A DNA stretch of 64,000 nt. Origin: Deltaproteobacteria bacterium (GTDB lineage Bacteria > Myxococcota > Kuafuiibacteriia > Kuafuiibacteriales > Kuafuiibacteriaceae). The number at the start of each line of letters is the position of its first letter. The first letter of the stretch is position 1. The DNA lies in assembly GCA_040218735.1 (NCBI GenBank), contig JAVJQW010000011.1, forward strand, positions 192,001 to 256,000, written 5' to 3'. Below, in pieces: positions 27,785-34,287 of the stretch. Position numbers and translations under genes: made by a program. A model generated the notes under the pieces. The model worked only from the letters and a program-made list of their open reading frames with translations, made no database searches and was not told the DNA's origin.

Positions 27785-29176
27785 ATGACTTCGGCAATCG
27801 CGGCGCGCGCCGCTCAACCACCCGTTCGGTCGCCCCACGAACCTTCCGGCCCTGAAGCCAAGACGCGATCGAGCGGGGAGGAGGCCCCGGCGTTCACCCG
27901 CACGAAGGAGGCCGCCTCCCGGCCGGTCGCGACGAGCCCGGCGGGCGTCGGCCCGACCGCGCTGGGCGTTCGGCTCGGCAACGTCGAACCGGTGAACCTG
28001 AAACCCGTGAAACCCAGCGAGGTCAGTGCGCTGTTCGAAGCGCACAAGCGGTACCGACCGTCGCGCGATCGTTTCATGCGGTACGCCCAGGCGCTGAAGG
28101 CGCTCCACCCCGACGCCAAGATCGGTCAGATCCAGATCCCGAGCGACGACGCCGATGACTTCTGCATCAGCCACCTGACCATCCCCGCGCGCGGCGAGGC
28201 GACGAACGTGAAGTTCTTCAAGTGCGGAACCCACGGCCCCGAGAGCCCCTACGGCGCAGTGATGATGGAGGCGTTCATGCGCGACCAGCTGCAGCACGTC
28301 GACCTCGAGAACACCACGGTGGTGTTCGCGCACGGCGTCGACGCGTGGGGTTGGGAGTTCGACCACCGCGGCACCGAGGACAACGTCGACCTCAACCGTC
28401 ACGGCAACCCCAGCGAGGCGGGGAGCGACGTGTTCCCGAAGGTCCGCGACGCCGTCACGGCTTCGTCGGCGCCGAGCACGACCGCGCTCGGGTCGATGCT
28501 GTGGACGCTCAAGGGCCTCGTGCAGAAGGCGCTCGCGTTCGGCACCGACGCCACCACGCGCGGGATGGCGGAAGGCCAGAATGTCGACCCGCGCGCACCG
28601 CTGTTCATGGGGGAGAAGGACGCCGAGCTCCTCCCGGAGATCCGCGCGCTGATCGACGACGTGCTCGTCCCAGCGTACGCGGAGGCGACCGACATCGAGG
28701 AGCAGGACTTCCACACCGGGCTCGGCGACTCCGGGCGGGTCTACGTCATGGAGGTGCTCACCGACCCGAAGCGCGCGGCGGAGGTCATCGCCGCCGTCGA
28801 GGGGACCGACCTGATTCACCAGACGAAGGCGGATCAGCGCTACGACACGAGCCCGGTCGACTCGACGAACTGGTCGAAGCACGCCGCGCCGGAGGGCGCG
28901 CGCGTCAACACCATGACCGTGGAGGCCGGCGGCTTCGCACCGGGGAGCCTCCCGTTTGGCTTCGACGCGGACTCACTCGTGGGGTTGCTGATGACGGCGA
29001 ACGTCCTGCGCGTGCGCGGGCAGCTGCATCACTTCTGGGACGAGGTCGAGCCCGAGCGCCGCGAGGAGATCCGGCAGGCGGTGCGCGACCTGTTCAACCC
29101 CGACGACGACACCTGGCAGCAGATGGTGTTCGCATCGACGAACACGCTGCAGGACAAGCTCTACAAGGGCGCGTGA
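27785..29176 (+). CDS. DUF2817 / M14-like zinc metallopeptidase with low-complexity N-terminal extension
   Basis: GTHGPE (HxxE), NVDLNR, DFHTGLG motifs. Confidence 0.75.
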   Translation: MTSAIAARAAQPPVRSPHEPSGPEAKTRSSGEEAPAFTRTKEAASRPVATSPAGVGPTALGVRLGNVEPVNLKPVKPSEVSALFEAHKRYRPSRDRFMRYAQALKALHPDAKIGQIQIPSDDADDFCISHLTIPARGEATNVKFFKCGTHGPESPYGAVMMEAFMRDQLQHVDLENTTVVFAHGVDAWGWEFDHRGTEDNVDLNRHGNPSEAGSDVFPKVRDAVTASSAPSTTALGSMLWTLKGLVQKALAFGTDATTRGMAEGQNVDPRAPLFMGEKDAELLPEIRALIDDVLVPAYAEATDIEEQDFHTGLGDSGRVYVMEVLTDPKRAAEVIAAVEGTDLIHQTKADQRYDTSPVDSTNWSKHAAPEGARVNTMTVEAGGFAPGSLPFGFDADSLVGLLMTANVLRVRGQLHHFWDEVEPERREEIRQAVRDLFNPDDDTWQQMVFASTNTLQDKLYKGA

Positions 29177-29179
29177 GCG

Positions 29180-29632
29180 TCAGAGCGCGGACGGCGGACG
29201 CGACTGGTGGAGCACGAGCTGTTCGAACGGCTCGGCGACACACGCGGCGAACGCCTCGCAGCCCTCGCGCTCCACGCACGCGCCCATCGCTTCGACGTGC
29301 GGGCGCACGGTGGTGGGCATCCGCTGCGATGCGGTGGCGCACGCGTCGCGTCGCTCGTCGAGCGACCCCGCGGCCTCCTTCTTCAGCTCCGAGATGCCAA
29401 CGTCGCGAATCGCGTCGAGGCCCTCCGCCTCGATAGCCGAAGCGATGCGCGGTTGGTGACGAGCGCGCGCGGCGATCATCACGTCGATCGTCGCGTCCGC
29501 GCACGTCGCCGCACGCTCGCGGAACTCGACGCACTGTTCGACGAGCCCGGCGGCCGACGAATCCGTGCCGGGTGATTCGGCGACGTCGCAGGCGATGAGG
29601 AGGGGGAGGAAGATGAGCGCGTTGTGTTTCAT
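29180..29632 (-). CDS. helical Cys-containing lipoprotein
   Basis: MKHNALIFLPLLIAC lipobox; GCEAFAAC. Confidence 0.7.
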   Translation of the reverse strand: MKHNALIFLPLLIACDVAESPGTDSSAAGLVEQCVEFRERAATCADATIDVMIAARARHQPRIASAIEAEGLDAIRDVGISELKKEAAGSLDERRDACATASQRMPTTVRPHVEAMGACVEREGCEAFAACVAEPFEQLVLHQSRPPSAL

Positions 29633-29675
29633 GCCCTGACGAACGCGCGCGGCGGTCGACCGTGACAAAGAAAGT

Positions 29676-30383
29676 TCAGCGCGCGGATTCGAGGCGCCAA
29701 TCGACCAGCGCCCACTCGACCCACGCGCACGACCCGACGGCGCTCGTCAGGTGGAAGAGCGCGTGAAGTTGGAGCGCCTGCAGCGGGTGGTCACAGGCGA
29801 GCACGAGGTGCTCCGGTACCCAGAGCACCGCGAAGCCCCCGACGTAGGCGAGCACGGCGACGAAGAACCAGCGGCGTCGATCGCCATCGCCGCGCAGCGA
29901 GAGCGCGCCGGTGCGGGCCACGATGTACGCGACGATCAGCGCGTAGCTCACGATGAAGAACTGGAACCACTCCGCGAACGCGACGTACGCCACCGTGAAC
30001 GCGACGCCGTATCCGGCGAGCGCAGACGCGACGCCGCGACGGACGCTCGAACGACGCGCCGCGAGCGCGTAGACGAACGTGAGGCCGGTGTAGATCATCG
30101 GGAGCTCGTCGGCGGCCTGCGAGACCCTCAGCAGCGTTCCGTGGAACAGCGCGGAACCCAGGCCCACCACGGCCACCGCGAAGGCCGCCGCGGCGAAGCG
30201 CGGCTTTGCCTTCCACGGCAGCCGTCGAGCGCGCAGCAACACCACGACGGCGAGTGCGACGATCGCGAAGCTCGACCACGTGTTCCACCACTCCGCGACG
30301 TAGGTGGAGTACACGTAGTTGGGCTCGCACCAGTCGACGTTGGACGGCGCGCCGAACCCATCCCAGTAACCGCGCTCACCCAT
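29676..30383 (-). CDS. alkaline ceramidase (CREST superfamily, ACER/Ypc1-like)
   Basis: GYW...VDWCEPNY...AEWWNTWSS, GLGSALFHGTL, DELPMIY, QLHALFH; 7 TM. Confidence 0.9.
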   Translation of the reverse strand: MGERGYWDGFGAPSNVDWCEPNYVYSTYVAEWWNTWSSFAIVALAVVVLLRARRLPWKAKPRFAAAAFAVAVVGLGSALFHGTLLRVSQAADELPMIYTGLTFVYALAARRSSVRRGVASALAGYGVAFTVAYVAFAEWFQFFIVSYALIVAYIVARTGALSLRGDGDRRRWFFVAVLAYVGGFAVLWVPEHLVLACDHPLQALQLHALFHLTSAVGSCAWVEWALVDWRLESAR

Positions 30384-30466
30384 CGCCGGACACTCTTGAC
30401 ATATTCGGGGGACATCTGGCACGCGCGCGCACGCGTCTTACTTACTCAGTTCGACGCACGTAAGTA

Positions 30467-30491
30467 TCGAGAAAAATTGGATTTTTCTCGA
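30467..30491. promoter_or_regulatory. perfect AT-rich palindrome, candidate operator
   Basis: TCGAGAAAAAT-TGG-ATTTTTCTCGA (11-bp arms) ending 8 nt upstream of a -35 box. Confidence 0.65.
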
Positions 30492-30499
30492 CAACGGGG

Positions 30500-30528
30500 T
30501 TGACGCGACCAGGGCGTATCCGTACGTT
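30500..30528 (+). promoter_or_regulatory. sigma70-type promoter
   Basis: TTGACG-17 nt-TACGTT; a perfect hairpin (CGCGACACGGT-GAA-ACCGTGTCGCG, 30535-30559) begins at the predicted +1. Confidence 0.7.
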
Positions 30529-30595
30529 CGGTCTCGCGACACGGTGAAACCGTGTCGCGCGTCCCCACAACCCTTTTCACCCCGAGAGGAGAGCC

Positions 30596-30721
30596 ATGAG
30601 CCAAGCCAAGTTCATCGTCTGGTCAATGCGCTCCCCTGTGCAGAACGGATTGCACCTCGGGCTGAGCAACGCGGTTGCGTGCCGATACGACGGCACCGCC
30701 GGGACCGACCCCCTGAGCTGA
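30596..30721 (+). CDS. leader peptide, 41 aa (MSQAKFIVWSMRSPVQNGLHLGLSNAVACRYDGTAGTDPLS)
   Basis: GAGAGGAG RBS before ATG; stop 28 nt before a terminator; last codons complementary to the terminator 5' arm. Confidence 0.7.
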   Translation: MSQAKFIVWSMRSPVQNGLHLGLSNAVACRYDGTAGTDPLS

Positions 30722-30749
30722 CGGTCTACAACGACGTCGGCGCGCCAGG

Positions 30750-30786
30750 AGGCCGGGTCCCCACTTCGGGTACCCGGCCTTTTTTC
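30750..30786 (+). terminator. Rho-independent terminator/attenuator
   Basis: AGGCCGGGT-CCC-CACTTC-GGG-T-ACCCGGCCT followed by TTTTT. Confidence 0.85.
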
Positions 30787-30861
30787 GTTTCTCCCAAGAC
30801 CCGCGGGTCGCCGACGCTCTCCACGCCCGGCCTCCCGCTTCAACGAAGAAGGAGGTGCGCC

Positions 30862-31098
30862 GTGGCGCACGAGACCGACCGCAACCGCGAACGCCTCGAC
30901 GCCGAATACGAGCGTCTGCGTCGCTACTCCGACTACCGCGAGTTCGTTCGCGGCAAGCGTGACGGACGCCTCGGCTACCCGATCGCGGGGATCTCGGAGA
31001 TCTACATCGAGGGGTACATCCTCGGCCGCATGGTGGCGGAGCGCGCCCGACGCGACACCCCGCGGTTCACGATCAGCCCGGCCCGCCGGATGAGCTGA
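30862..31098 (+). CDS. 78-aa small protein, possible Rmf/CrpP-like fold
   Basis: AAGGAGGT RBS before GTG; FVRGKRDGRLG...YIEGYILG two-helix pattern. Confidence 0.7.
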   Translation: MAHETDRNRERLDAEYERLRRYSDYREFVRGKRDGRLGYPIAGISEIYIEGYILGRMVAERARRDTPRFTISPARRMS

Positions 31099-31116
31099 TC
31101 GAAGAGAAGTCGCGGC

Positions 31117-31189
31117 GCGAAGGACGATGGCACGCAGCGAGTCTTCCCGGACTCCACGCCCGCCGGTGCAACGCCGGCCCTTCGCGCCG
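31117..31189 (+). ncRNA. tRNA-like element 1 (degenerate)
   Basis: 7-bp acceptor GCGAAGG/CCTTCGC (extendable to 12 bp), stem GAGTC-TTCCCG-GACTC, T-arm GCCGG-TGCAACG-CCGGC; no D stem; ends GCCG. Confidence 0.6.
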
Positions 31190-31207
31190 CTCGAAACAAG
31201 AAGCTCT

Positions 31208-31272
31208 CGAGGTCATGGCCACGCGTGTAGGCGCGTCGTCTTTCTGGGTGCGAAACGCACCCAGAGGCCTCG
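31208..31272 (+). ncRNA. tRNA-like/three-way-junction element 2
   Basis: 7-bp closing stem CGAGGTC/GGCCTCG, hairpin ACGCGT-GTAG-GCGCGT, stacked hairpin TCTGGGTGCG-AAA-CGCACCCAGA. Confidence 0.45.
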
Positions 31273-31311
31273 CACCGTACGAAGGAAGACAGATTCAGGG
31301 AGGTGACACCG

Positions 31312-31857
31312 ATGGAGACGCTCGTGCTCTCACACACGTATCAGCCACTGGACCGCATCGGGTGGCAGCGCGCCATCACGCTGTGGGTCCTCGACAAGGT
31401 CGAGATCCTCGAGTCGTACGACGACAAGACGATCCGCTCCGTGTCCATGGCCATCGAGATGCCCGCGGTCGTGCGCTTCGTGCACGCGGTCCGCATCCGC
31501 ATCGGCCACCCGCGCTTCTCCCGCGAGAACGTCTTCGCCCGTGACCACGGGCGCTGCCAGTACTGCGGCAAGAAGCTGACCCGTCAGACCTCGACGTACG
31601 ACCACGTCGTGCCGCGTCGCCTCGGCGGCCTCACGCGGTGGGACAACATCGTCATCGCGTGTCTGACCTGCAACCAGCGTAAGGGTGGTCGCACGCCCTT
31701 GCAGGCCGGAATGAAGCTGCGCTCGCAGCCCGTCCGACCCAAGTCGCTGCCGTCGACGTTGCGCTTCACACTTCCGGCGCCTGACAAGGTTCCGGTCCCG
31801 TGGCGCCAGTACTTCTACGACCTGACGTACTGGCATGGCGCGCTCGACGAGTCGTGA
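31312..31857 (+). CDS. HNH endonuclease (McrA-like)
   Basis: GGGAGGTG RBS; LVL..TYQPL, FSRENVFARD..RCQYCG, TYDHVVP, WDNIVIACLTCNQRKG. Confidence 0.95.
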   Translation: METLVLSHTYQPLDRIGWQRAITLWVLDKVEILESYDDKTIRSVSMAIEMPAVVRFVHAVRIRIGHPRFSRENVFARDHGRCQYCGKKLTRQTSTYDHVVPRRLGGLTRWDNIVIACLTCNQRKGGRTPLQAGMKLRSQPVRPKSLPSTLRFTLPAPDKVPVPWRQYFYDLTYWHGALDES

Positions 31858-31874
31858 CGTCGTGCGACGAATCT

Positions 31875-31910
31875 GCCGCGGCGCTCCTCGCTCACGGGGG
31901 GCGCCGCGGC
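31875..31910 (+). other. 16-bp GC hairpin without U tract (processing/stability element)
   Basis: GCCGCGGCGCTCCTCG-CTCA-CGGGGGGCGCCGCGGC. Confidence 0.6.
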
Positions 31911-31915
31911 CCTGC

Positions 31916-31992
31916 TACCGCGAGACATCCGGGGATCGGCGCGTTCACTGCCACGTGACCGCGCGAGGCGGGTTCGACTCCCGCCGCGGGGT
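31916..31992 (+). ncRNA. tRNA-like element 3 (pseudo-tRNA, Gly GCC-like loop)
   Basis: Canonical T-arm GCGGG-TTCGACT-CCCGC; acceptor CCGCG/CGCGG; stem GCGCG-T-TCAC-TGCCAC-GTGA-C-CGCGC; weak D arm, no CCA. Confidence 0.6.
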
Positions 31993-32073
31993 TCGTGTTC
32001 TTGATCTGGTACACCCACCTGCTGGGAAACTGGTTCACCGAGGTTCAGTTCGCTCGGATCCGTCCGATATGAC

Positions 32074-33237
32074 GTGACGGTGTCGAGCGAGCTGATCCTG
32101 GGTATCGACTTCGGTACGTCGTTTTCGTCCGTGGCCGTGTGGCTGGACGGGAAGATGTACGTCGTTTCTGACCAACGCGGCGAGCCCTGCGTCCCGAGCA
32201 TCGTCAACTACCCCCGACGCGGCGAACCGCTCGTCGGCGCCCGCGCCGAGCAGGTCCGCGCCAAGGACCCGACCAACACCATCTGCAGCGTCAAACGCAT
32301 CCTCGGGCGCGCCTACGACAGCCCCGAGCTCCGGATCTTCGATGCGAACAACGCCGTCCGCACCAAGAAGGCCCCCCGCGGCGGTATCCAGCTCATCACC
32401 GACGCAGGCCCCGTCTCGCCGGAGCAGGTCGCCGCCGACATCTTCCGCCACCTGAAGGCCCTCGCCGAGCGCCGCTTCGGCCGCTCCGCGAGCAAGGCCG
32501 TCATCACCGTCCCCGCGTCCGCCACCCGCGCCGTCGAGGACGCCACACAACACGCCGCGAAGTGCGCCGGCCTCGACGTCGTGCGTGTGCTGAGCGAGCC
32601 GTCCGCGGGCGCCATCGCAAACCAGCTCGATCGCTTCGAAGGCGAGCGCCGCATCCTCGTGTACGACTTTGGCGGCGGCACCTTCGACGTCACGATCCTC
32701 GAGCAGCGCAACCAGGAGCTCTTCACCCGCGCCATCGCCGGCGACGCCTGCCTCGGCGGCGACGACCTCGACCACGAGCTCGCTTCGATCGTCTCCGGCC
32801 ACATCTGGAAGAAGTCGCGCACCGACGTCACGAAGGACGCCGTCCGCTGGGAGCGCATCATCCGCACCGCGGAGACCGCCAAGCGCGGCCTGTCCGCACG
32901 CGACGAGGTCCCGTTCCGCGTCGACGACGCCTACGCCTCACGCGGTCGCCCGACCCGGCTCGAGCTCAACCTCACCCGCAACGACGTGGAGCCGCGGTGG
33001 AAGCCGCTCGTCGATCGCGCGAACCGCCTCGCCGCGAAGACCATCATCCACGCGAACCTCCACCCCTCCGACCTCGACGTCATCCTCCTCGTCGGCGGCA
33101 CGACCTACGTCCCGCTCGTACGCCGAACCGTGCACTCCGTGCTCAAACGCCCCGGAATGCACGAAGGTGATCCGCTCACCGCCGTCGCACGCGGCGCCGC
33201 CCTCGTCGCCGCCCGCGCCCTGGACCTCGCCGCCTGA
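32074..33237 (+). CDS. Hsp70-family protein, nucleotide-binding domain only
   Basis: GIDFGTS, AVITVPA, SEPSA, VYDFGGGTFD, LVGGTT, AVARGAA then stop; 387 aa. Confidence 0.9.
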   Translation: MTVSSELILGIDFGTSFSSVAVWLDGKMYVVSDQRGEPCVPSIVNYPRRGEPLVGARAEQVRAKDPTNTICSVKRILGRAYDSPELRIFDANNAVRTKKAPRGGIQLITDAGPVSPEQVAADIFRHLKALAERRFGRSASKAVITVPASATRAVEDATQHAAKCAGLDVVRVLSEPSAGAIANQLDRFEGERRILVYDFGGGTFDVTILEQRNQELFTRAIAGDACLGGDDLDHELASIVSGHIWKKSRTDVTKDAVRWERIIRTAETAKRGLSARDEVPFRVDDAYASRGRPTRLELNLTRNDVEPRWKPLVDRANRLAAKTIIHANLHPSDLDVILLVGGTTYVPLVRRTVHSVLKRPGMHEGDPLTAVARGAALVAARALDLAA

Positions 33238-33246
33238 GCACCGCGG

Positions 33247-34260
33247 CTAACGCAACCGTGTGGGGACCGGGACGGCGCGCCGGCGGCTCATCGCTTCGTG
33301 CGCCGCGTGCGCGAGGACCAGCGCCTGACGACCATCCTCGGGGCCCGTGAGGAGCGGGAAGCCGTCGGTGCGAACCGCGAAGAGGAAGTGCTCCAGCTCG
33401 GCGCGGTAGGCCTCGGCGTAGCGTTCGACGAAGAACCGCGGCGCGGGGTCGCGCTGCTGGCCGGCCTCGGTGAAGCGAAGGACGGTGTTCGTCGCGGCGT
33501 TCTCCGCGATCAACATCCCGGCCGCGCCGTGGGCCTCGACACGTTGGTCGTAGCCGTACGCGGCACGTCGACTGTTGGAGATCTGGCACAGCGCGCCGCT
33601 GTCCGTGCGGAGCGTGACCAGCGCCGTGTCGACGTCGCCGAGCTCCGCGATCGCCGGGTCCACCAGCGTGCTCGCGGTAGCGAAGATCTCGACCGGCTCC
33701 TCGCCGAGGAGCCACCGCGCCATGTCGAAGTCGTGGATCATCATGTCCGCGAACAGCCCGCCGGAGCGCGCGAGATAGTCCATCGTCGGCGGCGACGGGT
33801 CGCGGCTCGTGATCGTGAGGACCTCGAGGCGACCGATGCGTCCCGTCGCGAGCTGCGCCTTGAGACGCGAGAAGCTCGGGTCGAAGCGCCGGTTGAAGCC
33901 GACGAAGAACGGGACCTGCTGACGCTCGACGACCTCGAGCGCGTCGTCGACGCGATCGAGATCCAGGTCGATCGGCTTCTCGCAGAAGATGGCCTTGTTC
34001 GCCGCGGCGGCCTTCCCGATCAGCTCGACGTGGGTGGGGGTCGGCGACGCGATGATGACCGCGTCGACCGCGTCGTCATCGAAGACGCGCTGCGCCTCGG
34101 TCGTCGCCTGCGCCCCGTAGCGCTCCGCGACGGCCTGCGCGGCCTCCCGGTCGACGTCGACCACCCAGGCCAGGTGGGCAGCCTCCGACGCAGCGACGTT
34201 CTTCGCGTGGACCTGTCCGATGCGACCGGCGCCGAACAGCGCGATCCGTAGGCTGGCCAT
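33247..34260 (-). CDS. iolG: myo-inositol 2-dehydrogenase (Gfo/Idh/MocA)
   Basis: GAGRIG, CEKP, GFNRRFDP, ITSRDP, DMMIHDFD, YGYDQRVE. Confidence 0.92.
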   Translation of the reverse strand: MASLRIALFGAGRIGQVHAKNVAASEAAHLAWVVDVDREAAQAVAERYGAQATTEAQRVFDDDAVDAVIIASPTPTHVELIGKAAAANKAIFCEKPIDLDLDRVDDALEVVERQQVPFFVGFNRRFDPSFSRLKAQLATGRIGRLEVLTITSRDPSPPTMDYLARSGGLFADMMIHDFDMARWLLGEEPVEIFATASTLVDPAIAELGDVDTALVTLRTDSGALCQISNSRRAAYGYDQRVEAHGAAGMLIAENAATNTVLRFTEAGQQRDPAPRFFVERYAEAYRAELEHFLFAVRTDGFPLLTGPEDGRQALVLAHAAHEAMSRRRAVPVPTRLR

Positions 34261-34287
34261 GGGGCGCCGAGCCTAGCAGCAATACGG

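Noticed and set aside
30414-30435. sigma54-like TGGCACG
   Set aside because: No GC at the required GG-N10-GC spacing.
30544-31098. 184-aa ORF from the track
   Set aside because: Runs through the hairpin, leader and terminator; only the part after the SD and GTG at 30862 looks coding.
31312-31857. HNH as a Cas9/IscB or intron homing endonuclease
   Set aside because: Only 181 aa, no RuvC motifs, no CRISPR repeats, not embedded in an interrupted gene, no group I/II intron core recognised.
31916-31992. Functional tRNA-Gly(GCC) gene
   Set aside because: D arm, acceptor end and anticodon stem geometry are non-canonical and there is no CCA; kept only as tRNA-like.
32074-33237. dnaK call or truncated pseudogene
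   Set aside because: Divergent from DnaK, lacks the substrate-binding domain and no downstream remnant is present; treated as an intact atypical Hsp70.
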